Shown here in pieces: positions 42,550-49,949 of a stretch of DNA of 64,000 nucleotides (positions are counted from its first letter, which is position 1; each line of letters begins with the position of its first letter). The notes beneath the pieces were generated by a model. That model ran no database searches. It was not told the DNA's origin and saw only the letters and a program-made list of their open reading frames with translations. Location of the stretch: NCBI GenBank assembly GCA_031292175.1, contig JARLHQ010000028.1, positions 226,475 through 290,474 on the forward strand. Reading direction: 5' to 3'. Made by a program: the position numbers and the translations under genes. The DNA comes from Humidesulfovibrio sp. Its GTDB lineage: Bacteria; Desulfobacterota; Desulfovibrionia; Desulfovibrionales; Desulfovibrionaceae.

Positions 42550-42993
42550 ATGACGGAAGACGTTCCCGGGTTCCGCAAGATCATTTACCTGTCCTTTCCG
42601 CCGGAAACCTGCGGCAGGCCGGTGGTGTGCAACCTTGCGCTCCTGTTCAAGCTCAGCTTCAATATCCTGAAGGCGGACATCAGCCCCCGGCACGAGGGCA
42701 CCCTGTCGCTTGAGATCACCGGCAGCGAGGAGAACTACCACAAGGGGATCTCCTACCTGAAGGAGAACGGGGTCAGGATAACCCCGGCCTCGCAGAAGGT
42801 TTCGCGCGACGAGGACGCCTGCATGCACTGCGGCCTGTGCACCTCGCTCTGCCGCACCAAGGCCCTGTCCGTGGACCTGGCCTCCCGCAAGGTCATCTTC
42901 GATGTCGAGAAGTGTTCGGCCTGCGGCATGTGCACACGCGTGTGCCCGGTTCGCGCCATGATCGTGGACATGAATGAGAACGACCTGAACTGA
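42550..42993 (+). CDS. NIL-domain, 2x[4Fe-4S] ferredoxin protein
   Basis: FNILKADI NIL-like region; CMHCGLCTSLC and CSACGMCTRVCP. Confidence 0.85.
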   Translation: MTEDVPGFRKIIYLSFPPETCGRPVVCNLALLFKLSFNILKADISPRHEGTLSLEITGSEENYHKGISYLKENGVRITPASQKVSRDEDACMHCGLCTSLCRTKALSVDLASRKVIFDVEKCSACGMCTRVCPVRAMIVDMNENDLN

Positions 42994-43023
42994 TCCTTCC
43001 CCCCCTTTATTAGGAGGCAAGCC

Positions 43024-43755
43024 GTGCCGGAAGACAACGCGCTCCTGCGCGAATTGATGCAAAAGGTCGCTGACCAGCTCACAGCGGACCTGCGCGAGAC
43101 GCTGACCGTCACTGTGGAGCGTGAAATTTCCAAGACCCTGTCCGGCGCGCTTTTGGAAGGCGAATTCTATCGCCGCGTCAATGAGGACCTGCAGAAAGGC
43201 TTCAAGGAAATCTACCAGGAGATCAAGGTCGCCAAAAGCGCCAACGGGCCCATCGCCACCACGGAGGACCCCAACGAGCTTTTCAGCCAGGCCTCCAACC
43301 AGCTCGACGCCATCCTGCAGACCACCGAGAGCGCCACGGTCAAGATCATCGACACCATCGAAAATCTGCAGACCCTCTCCGACACCCTGGCGGGCATCGT
43401 CAAATCCTTTGAGAGAGGCGGCGTCTCCAAGGCCGAGCGCGAATCCCTGGCCGAGATCAACAGCTCCCTCAGCCAGGACCTCATGAGCATCATGACCACC
43501 CTGAGCTTCCAGGACCTGACGGGCCAGCGCATCAAGATAATCATCGAGACCATCAAGAAGATTGAGAAAATTGTTCTCGACGTGTACATGACCACGGGGC
43601 TTATGATCAAGGCGCATACCGAGGACCCTGCCGACCAGTCGGACTTCAGCCATTTGCAAGCCAAGGCCAAGGACAAGCTCTCCACCCTGCAGGGTCCGCA
43701 GCTCGACAGCAGCCAGGGGTCGGTGGACGACCTTCTGGCCAGCCTGGGCATGTGA
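43024..43755 (+). CDS. cheZ: CheZ-family protein phosphatase
   Basis: FQDLTGQRI (DxxxQ) and C-terminal VDDLLASLG. Confidence 0.8.
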   Translation: MPEDNALLRELMQKVADQLTADLRETLTVTVEREISKTLSGALLEGEFYRRVNEDLQKGFKEIYQEIKVAKSANGPIATTEDPNELFSQASNQLDAILQTTESATVKIIDTIENLQTLSDTLAGIVKSFERGGVSKAERESLAEINSSLSQDLMSIMTTLSFQDLTGQRIKIIIETIKKIEKIVLDVYMTTGLMIKAHTEDPADQSDFSHLQAKAKDKLSTLQGPQLDSSQGSVDDLLASLGM

Positions 43756-43804
43756 ACCGCGCCTTGACAGTCCCTGGCCGAAAGGTTAGCTAGACGACCC
43801 TTAC

Positions 43805-43881
43805 GGGCAATTAGCTCAGTTGGATAGAGCGTCGGCCTCCGGAGCCGAAGGTCGGGCGTTCGAGCCGCCCATTGCCCACCA
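43805..43881 (+). tRNA. tRNA-Arg (anticodon CCG)
   Basis: GGGCAAT/ATTGCCC acceptor stem, TAGCTCAGTTGGATAGAGC D-arm, TCGGC-CTCCGGA-GCCGA anticodon arm, GTTCGA, encoded CCA; TTGACA upstream at 43764. Confidence 0.97.
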
Positions 43882-43889
43882 TGAAAGCA

Positions 43890-43922
43890 AACGGCTGCGC
43901 CTGCACAGGCGCGGCCGTTTTT
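43890..43922 (+). terminator. terminator after the tRNA
   Basis: AAACGGCTGCGCCTG/CAGGCGCGGCCGTTTTT hairpin. Confidence 0.7.
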
Positions 43923-44072
43923 CAGGTTCTCAGTCCCCATGCCAAACCTGGGGCCGCTCTTGCCACACCGGCTCTTGCACATGGCAAAGGCCGGGAGCCA
44001 TGTCCCGGCCAAAGAGGTTGGGCGAAGCGCCCGCCTGAAGGTCGCCCCTGGGCGGGCGAAAACCGCGGCCAG

Positions 44073-44741
44073 CTAGGCCACCAGCTCCTTCACGGTCAAG
44101 CGCTCGGTCCCCAAAAACCGCGCGATCGCCGACAGATGCTCGTTGGTCTCCGCTATGCGGACCTCCTGCGGCGCGATGATGTTGTAATCGAATTTTCCGG
44201 CGTCCTTCGCGTTCTGGGTGACGGAGTAGCCCCAAAGAACGCCCTGGTTGTAGATGCGGCCGGTCTTGCTGCCGAGCTCCACCACGTAGTTGGCGAACTT
44301 GGTGTTCGTCACCCCGGTGAAGACGCCGTTGGCGAAGTTGGCGTTGATCTCACGCGGCGTGTCGATCAGCAGACATTTGTCCTCGGCGATGCTGCGCATT
44401 TCCTGCCCCTTGTAGAACGTGGAGTGCCCGCCGATGATGTTGCCGTCCTCGCCGTAGAGGCACAAGGCCAGGTTGAGGGTTTGCGCCGTTGGGGTGCGTT
44501 TGTCGACGTTCCAGCCACCGATGACCGTGTCCTGGAAGATTTTCGTCTGCGGGAAGATGAGCTGAAGCAGACCGATCTTCTCCTTCGGCGAGCCGCCACG
44601 GCTGAAGCTCATCTTGAAGTCCGCGCCATACTGCATGGCGCAGTTCGCCTCGAAACGGTTCTCGGGCGCGGCGAGGTAGGGGTAGAGCTCCAGGCTGAAC
44701 TTGTTCACGGTGTACTGCTGCTTGCTCAGATAATTCGACAT
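44073..44741 (-). CDS. hypothetical protein (222 aa), last gene of the DUF2589 operon
   Basis: AAGGAGG RBS, coding-like codon usage, no signal peptide, no recognised family. Confidence 0.75.
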   Translation of the reverse strand: MSNYLSKQQYTVNKFSLELYPYLAAPENRFEANCAMQYGADFKMSFSRGGSPKEKIGLLQLIFPQTKIFQDTVIGGWNVDKRTPTAQTLNLALCLYGEDGNIIGGHSTFYKGQEMRSIAEDKCLLIDTPREINANFANGVFTGVTNTKFANYVVELGSKTGRIYNQGVLWGYSVTQNAKDAGKFDYNIIAPQEVRIAETNEHLSAIARFLGTERLTVKELVA

Positions 44742-44835
44742 GACATGCCTCCTTCCGTTGTGGTTGCGCCAAAGCCTGGCATAGCATTCACAAAATCACC
44801 TCCGACAACACGAAACGACGGAGACGGGCGTGAAA

Positions 44836-45816
44836 TCAGCCCGCCTCCCCCGCGTCCACCTTTTTCAGAGCAAGGCCGAACTGCTGGGCAAGATCGTAGT
44901 TGATGCCGTGCACGGTCCCTTTGCCCTCGGCAATGCAGAGCTTGCGCGTCCGCACATCTTCGATGAATTTCGGATTTGCGGCCTCGGCGCGGCGGTTCGC
45001 CACAATGCGCATCCGCGCCATCTCCACATCCTCCGCGGAAAGCGACAGCGGCAGCTTCCCGAAGTCCTCCTGGATCAGACCCTTGACCTTGTCCGGGATG
45101 CCGCCGTTCTGGACGCAGATGTCGAACATCAGCGCCCTGCCGCGTTCGGACCAAAGCCGGTAATCACGGCAAAGCCCAGCGCCTTTCGCGGCATAGGCCG
45201 CAGCTCCGTTCACCTCGATGGCCTGAAACTCCGGCGTAAGCCCCAGCGCGGTGAACATCTGCTTCCAGGGATTGTTGATGGTTTTCCTGGCCGGATCCTG
45301 AATCGAGGCGGCGAAGCTAAGCGCCGCCTCCTTCCCGCCGTTGACCGCCTGCTGCAATTGCCCCAGGGAGCCGCCAAAGATCTTCGCGGCGATGTCCTGG
45401 TGCTTGGCGAACATTTCCTGCAAAAGCAGTTGCAGCGTCTCCTGACCAAAATTCCACTGCAAGGCGCCGTAACTCATGCCCTGCCCGTCAAAGTTTCCAG
45501 TCATGGCGGCAAAGCAATCCGGGGCGCGCCGCCCTGTCTCGAAAGACCCGGTGAGGGCCAGGCAGCGCGCGTTCAGATCGCCGACCGGGGGCGTTGGCGT
45601 GGCGGCGGCGTCTCCAGGAAACAGCTTCGCCCAGGTCGCCGGCCCGACGACGCCATCCGCCGGGAGCCCAGAATTCGTTTGCAGCTGCTTCACAGCAGCC
45701 TCGGTCTGGCCGCCGAACACGCCGTCCGGCTCGCCTTGCAAAAGGCCGGCGTCCTTGAGCGCCTTCTGGATGCGCACCACATCATCGCCGGTTGATCCGT
45801 TCTTGTAAGTCGCCAT
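44836..45816 (-). CDS. peptidoglycan-binding domain plus lysozyme-superfamily domain (putative muramidase)
   Basis: PG_binding_1 pattern (GSTGDDV..IQ..L...DGVFG..T..AV..LQ...GL.ADGVVGPATW); FET...GNFDGQGMSYGALQW resembles lysozyme/chitosanase-type catalytic Glu plus beta-hairpin. Confidence 0.75.
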   Translation of the reverse strand: MATYKNGSTGDDVVRIQKALKDAGLLQGEPDGVFGGQTEAAVKQLQTNSGLPADGVVGPATWAKLFPGDAAATPTPPVGDLNARCLALTGSFETGRRAPDCFAAMTGNFDGQGMSYGALQWNFGQETLQLLLQEMFAKHQDIAAKIFGGSLGQLQQAVNGGKEAALSFAASIQDPARKTINNPWKQMFTALGLTPEFQAIEVNGAAAYAAKGAGLCRDYRLWSERGRALMFDICVQNGGIPDKVKGLIQEDFGKLPLSLSAEDVEMARMRIVANRRAEAANPKFIEDVRTRKLCIAEGKGTVHGINYDLAQQFGLALKKVDAGEAG

Positions 45817-45887
45817 TGTTAAAGCCCCTCTTGGGTTGTGAGCGATTTGTCGTTGGGTTCACCCGAGGAACACGCCCTTGCGGCCAC

Positions 45888-46394
45888 TTATTCCGACTTG
45901 AATGTCCGGTACACGCCCTGCGTCTGGGCCAAATGGTTTATCAGCCTAGCCGCGCCGTCCGTGGGCTCGGAGCTTTCCACACGCAGGACGACGTGTATGC
46001 TTCCGGCCTTGCTCTGCTTTCCGCCTGCCATGTCGACAAAGATGCTCTTCCGCGGGGCCTCGGCTTCCGGTTGCCCCTTGCCGCCAGCCGCAGGATCGGC
46101 CGGTCCGTCCGACATCTGGCCGAGGTCCACGTCAAAGGTGATTTCAACATCCTTGATTTTCAGCATGTTCGAGGAAACGAGCGGAAGCAGCGGCGCCCGG
46201 TACAAGTCCTCTGAGCCACTTTCAGCCTCTGCCTGAATCGACGGCACCCGCACAACCAGGCTCTTGGGCCGGTTGTCGCTGTCAAAATACCCAAGCAGAT
46301 TGGATATCTGATGCTGCTCAATATTGTCCTGTGCCTCGATCACGGCGCCCGCCAACGCCTCGATCAAATCATTCAGCGGTATGTTGCTGGCCAT
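45888..46394 (-). CDS. DUF2589-like protein (short-hairpin paralog)
   Basis: LIEALAGAVIEAQ helix, APLLPLV...LKIKDVEITF, C-terminal EPTDGAARL; AAGGAG RBS. Confidence 0.75.
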   Translation of the reverse strand: MASNIPLNDLIEALAGAVIEAQDNIEQHQISNLLGYFDSDNRPKSLVVRVPSIQAEAESGSEDLYRAPLLPLVSSNMLKIKDVEITFDVDLGQMSDGPADPAAGGKGQPEAEAPRKSIFVDMAGGKQSKAGSIHVVLRVESSEPTDGAARLINHLAQTQGVYRTFKSE

Positions 46395-46472
46395 GCCCTC
46401 TCCTTTCTTTTGATAATGCGCCTGAGCGGAGGCCTTGATCCAAACAAGAAAGCCTGCGACTCTTTGGCGAAC

Positions 46473-46919
46473 CTATTTTCCGAGATGCCGCAGCGTTCCC
46501 TTGTCCAGTGGCGCACCGGACATGTCCCGCGCCTCATAGGTGAGGGTCTTGCCATCATCGGCAAGCTGCAACAGCAGCTTGCCGAATTCCAGGTCCTTGC
46601 AGAATCCGCCGTTGGCCGTCGTGATTCCGTATTCACTGCTATGATCATTGATGACCGGGGTTTCGAGGATCAGCTTGCAATTCCGTGGGCTGCCATATTG
46701 CAAGGTCGGTGTTTTTGGCTGCAGCGTCAGAGTGACCTTTGCGGTCGTTTTACCGGCAGGCGTCTCTCCCTGCCAAACGCCATCAAAGCTGCTGACGTCG
46801 CTCGAAGCGGCGGCAACCGTGCTGCTGTTGCAGCCCATGGCGAAGATTGCGAGGGCGAACACAATAGCCAGGTACAGAGAAGCGTTGAGCGCTTGTTTGC
46901 TGATTTTTGTCTGTTTCAT
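46473..46919 (-). CDS. lipoprotein (148 aa), candidate immunity protein
   Basis: MKQTK... hydrophobic core then FAMG-C lipobox; AAGGAG RBS; start placed at 46919. Confidence 0.72.
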   Translation of the reverse strand: MKQTKISKQALNASLYLAIVFALAIFAMGCNSSTVAAASSDVSSFDGVWQGETPAGKTTAKVTLTLQPKTPTLQYGSPRNCKLILETPVINDHSSEYGITTANGGFCKDLEFGKLLLQLADDGKTLTYEARDMSGAPLDKGTLRHLGK

Positions 46920-46956
46920 TGCCCATCTCCTTCCGTTACAGGTGCAAGCAAAGAAG

Positions 46957-47601
46957 CTACGTCGCAGCGCCGTCGCTGCGCGACATTGCCTCAGACTCCA
47001 GTTGCCCAAGAACAGTCCTGACCCGTTCCGACTGCTCCAGTGTCATGGCGAAGCCTTGCGGACGCCAGACGTTTTGCAGCAGCCCAAATAACCTTGAAAA
47101 TATTGATACTCTTGCTTCTGACGCGGGCCGGTTCTCCACCAGGATGTCGTACAGGGGCACTTCCATAAAAACCCTCCCGTCGATCCTCACCTCCCCAACC
47201 GGTTGGTCAGGCCCCTGAAACACAATCTGCATCCAGTGCCGCTTCTTGCGCCGCCATCTCCCGCCTTGGCCGTCCGTGATGACGAGCAGGTAATTTCGCG
47301 GCGCGGTGGGAAAGCCCGTCTCCCGCAGCTCGCATTCAAACGTCAGCGAAAGCATGGAGACCTGAGGGCGCTCGCGCGTGCGGAAGCTTGAGGACGGCAG
47401 CGTGAGCGTTTCGTGCCCGTCTTGTCCCGTCCCGCCCTGGGGCAGGACGAAGGAAAAGAATGAGGACGGACCCCCGGAGGCTCCGTCTCCCCCGCCTATC
47501 CTTCTGAGCGCCTCGGCGTTTGTCTCCCTCAGCGATTCCTGCGCCGCGAGGAGTGCCGATTGAAGCGCCTGAAGCAGACCATTGAAGCTGTCGTTGCCCA
47601 T
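46957..47601 (-). CDS. divergent DUF2589-like protein
   Basis: SFNGLLQALQSALLAAQ helix, LTLP..SF...VSMLSLTFEC strand pattern parallel to its paralogs. Confidence 0.6.
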   Translation of the reverse strand: MGNDSFNGLLQALQSALLAAQESLRETNAEALRRIGGGDGASGGPSSFFSFVLPQGGTGQDGHETLTLPSSSFRTRERPQVSMLSLTFECELRETGFPTAPRNYLLVITDGQGGRWRRKKRHWMQIVFQGPDQPVGEVRIDGRVFMEVPLYDILVENRPASEARVSIFSRLFGLLQNVWRPQGFAMTLEQSERVRTVLGQLESEAMSRSDGAAT

Positions 47602-47619
47602 GGGGAACCTTCGCCTGTA

Positions 47620-47877
47620 TCAGTCTTCAAGCCAGATCGGCTTTCGCGGAAAGCCGACATGATAGACGATCCACTGGAGCACCACCTGATGCTCTCCCAT
47701 CTGCAACACGGCGAAGCTCTTCTCGATGGCCATGAGAAACCCCTTGGGCGTGTCGCTCAGGCACTTGTTGAGCAAAGCGGTCGCAGCTTCGATCTCATCA
47801 GCCGTGCACATCCTGCTCGGGTTGTCGCTTCCGACGGTGATGCGCTTCACGTATTTCACTTCTGTTAGGTCAAACAT
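47620..47877 (-). CDS. small hypothetical protein (85 aa)
   Basis: MFDLTEVKYVKRITVGSDNP...GEHQVVLQW..YHVGF.RKP.WL; GAGG RBS. Confidence 0.72.
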   Translation of the reverse strand: MFDLTEVKYVKRITVGSDNPSRMCTADEIEAATALLNKCLSDTPKGFLMAIEKSFAVLQMGEHQVVLQWIVYHVGFPRKPIWLED

Positions 47878-47890
47878 CGCTGCCTCATGA

Positions 47891-47926
47891 ACGGCACCGG
47901 GCACGCCTTGCGGCGTCCCGGGCCGT
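47891..47926 (-). terminator. intercistronic stem-loop after the first DUF2589 gene
   Basis: Minus strand ACGGC.CCGGGACGCC-GCAA-GGCGTGCCCGG.GCCGT with a GNRA loop and no U-tract. Confidence 0.55.
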
Positions 47927-47982
47927 GTTGTTTACTGTTTCCCGCTTCCTCTGCCCCCTCAATTAACAACTATGCCGTTTGC

Positions 47983-48636
47983 CTAGGCAGCGGCCGGCAG
48001 CGCAGCGACCGGCTTGGCAGGTCCGATCGCCCTGGGAGCGCAAGCGGTCTGCAGAATGTCCAGGACCCGGGCGAGGCCTTCCGGCATGCCCTTGTCCTCG
48101 GCGTGAACCAGCACATGGTACTTCGCCGAGTTGTCGGAAGAACGCGTGTTCTCCTTGTGGCTCGCCACGGAGCCGTGGATCTTGGCCGTGGCCTTGAAAC
48201 AGCCCCAGCCGACGGACATTTCGGCGTCCAGCGACGCTTCGGCGTCCGTGGACTCCTTTGAGGAGAAGGAGGACTTGACCTCCATGTCGAAGGTGACGTC
48301 CACCGTGGTGATGCTCAGGTTGGGCACCTTGACGATGGCGAGCATGGGGACCACGAGTTCGACTTCTTCTTCCATGGTCGAGCCAGGCTCACCCGGCTTG
48401 ACGGCGGGATTGTCCACCGGCCGCTTGAAGCGGAAGGTGGCGGTCCGGGTGCCGCCGCTGTAGGGGTCGGTGGCGTCCTTCGCGGGGGGCAGGAACCCGA
48501 TCACCTTGATGAAGTCCGCAGTCGCCTGCGCCAGCTTCACCTGTGCTTCGCAGGCTGCGTTGAGCGGCCCGCCGATGAGTTCACCCATCGGCAATCCCTT
48601 AAATTGATCAGACATATTGACGAGTTCGTTAGCCAT
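47983..48636 (-). CDS. DUF2589-family protein (canonical, long beta-hairpin)
   Basis: FKGLPMGELIGGPLNAACEAQVKLAQATADFI..IGF, VPMLAIVKVPNL..VDVTFDMEVK, SAKYHV...PEGLARVLDIL; AAGGAGG RBS 6 nt before ATG 48636. Confidence 0.85.
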   Translation of the reverse strand: MANELVNMSDQFKGLPMGELIGGPLNAACEAQVKLAQATADFIKVIGFLPPAKDATDPYSGGTRTATFRFKRPVDNPAVKPGEPGSTMEEEVELVVPMLAIVKVPNLSITTVDVTFDMEVKSSFSSKESTDAEASLDAEMSVGWGCFKATAKIHGSVASHKENTRSSDNSAKYHVLVHAEDKGMPEGLARVLDILQTACAPRAIGPAKPVAALPAAA

Positions 48637-48755
48637 TTTCATCCTCCTTGCCGTTGTTAGGGATGTGGTTGCAACGTCGCCAGAGTTACGGCCAACGCAG
48701 AATTTTGGTTCCTTGTTGGCGGCCAAGGGACAGCCGGTAGCGGAAAGTTGATACA

Positions 48756-48814
48756 AGGCTATACTTGCTAATTTATAAATGCAACACTTTTTAATTATTT
48801 TCTGATAAATAATT
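48756..48814 (-). promoter_or_regulatory. sigma70-like promoter of the DUF2589 operon with upstream palindrome
   Basis: TTGCAT-N17-TAGCCT (48784-48756); AATTATTT-N6-AAATAATT at 48793-48814 in an AT-rich region. Confidence 0.5.
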
Positions 48815-49406
48815 CCCGACAAGCCACGACATTTTTTAAAGCTTAATATGCTGATAAACAAAGATAAAAATTTTATATTGCATACGCGCGCTGTCGTTAA
48901 CCCTCAGCGGGCTACCATTTTCAGAGACTAAAAAATAGAATTATGAATATTGCACTGCAAAGCACTCCCCCGTGGGGGAGCTGCCAAGCTGAGGAGAACT
49001 GCCCAGACGGGGCGTCCCCTGCGGCAGATCAAGACTGGGTGGAGGAGAAACCTTTGAGGCGGGAGACAGGACCGCTGCCCCAAGGAAGGCAGGGCGGTGG
49101 CCTCACAGGGAAGGCCGGCTGAAGGTGGGAGGCTCGCGACAGGGGGCAGCCGACGCTTGCCGGCGCTCGCCGTTCCCTGCTACCTTGCCGCCACCAGCCG
49201 TTCTGAGGCGCTGTGACGGCCTAGGCAAAACAGCCAGCAGGCGCGCGGAAGGACGGACGCCGACAATATCAGGGCCAACCGCAGGGCCAGAGGCAGGGCG
49301 GCCCAAGCGACAAAATTTCTTACAGGATGGCCAGGCCTCGGCATGGCCCGTTTCTGTTCAGACACGAACGCGGCCGCGGGCCGCGCACTCAAGCCGGGAG
49401 GCCTTC

Positions 49407-49928
49407 ATGCGCCATCGCTCCACCTTCGCCCTTCTGACCGTGATCGCCCTTGGCGGCTGCGCAACGTGGCATCCCTTCGCACCAAACTCCGCCGAGGCCA
49501 AGCTCGCGCCCACACGCGGCAACACGGCCGCAGGGCTGATAACCTTCCGCCAGCAGGGCGCGGAGATGCTGCTGCAAGGCGCCTTCACCGGCCTCACCCC
49601 GGGCGCGCACGGGCTGCACATCCACGAAGGCGGGGACTGCGGCGGTCCCGGGGCCCGCGACGCGGGCGGCCACCTGAACCCCACGGGCGCGCGCCACGGC
49701 AGCCCGGGCTCGCCTTCGCACCATCTGGGCGACCTGCCCATGCTCACGGCGGGCAAGGATGGAACTGCGCGCTTCCAGGCCCGCATGGATGGCCTGAGCC
49801 TGGACGAGGGCCCCTCGGGCATTCTCGGCCGCGCCATCATCGTCACCGCCCGCCCCGACGACGGCACCACCCAGCCCACGGGCAATTCGGGCCCGGCCGT
49901 GGGCTGCGGGGTCATCCGGCCCCGGTAG
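49407..49928 (+). CDS. sodC: Cu/Zn superoxide dismutase-like lipoprotein with altered active site
   Basis: Lipobox LGGC; HGLHIH, AGGHLNP, HLGDL, CGVI; GGAGG RBS before ATG 49407. Confidence 0.8.
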   Translation: MRHRSTFALLTVIALGGCATWHPFAPNSAEAKLAPTRGNTAAGLITFRQQGAEMLLQGAFTGLTPGAHGLHIHEGGDCGGPGARDAGGHLNPTGARHGSPGSPSHHLGDLPMLTAGKDGTARFQARMDGLSLDEGPSGILGRAIIVTARPDDGTTQPTGNSGPAVGCGVIRPR

Positions 49929-49949
49929 CCCAGGCCAAGCCGGGATGCG

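Noticed and set aside
44073-48636. Prophage lysis cassette, T6SS, eCIS or R-body (reb) locus as explanation of the operon
   Set aside because: No holin, spanin, capsid, Hcp, VgrG, PAAR, sheath or Reb-like ORF recognisable in the window
48637-48861. N-terminal extension of DUF2589-A in the ORF track
   Set aside because: It runs through the AT-rich promoter region; AAGGAGG sits 6 nt before ATG 48636
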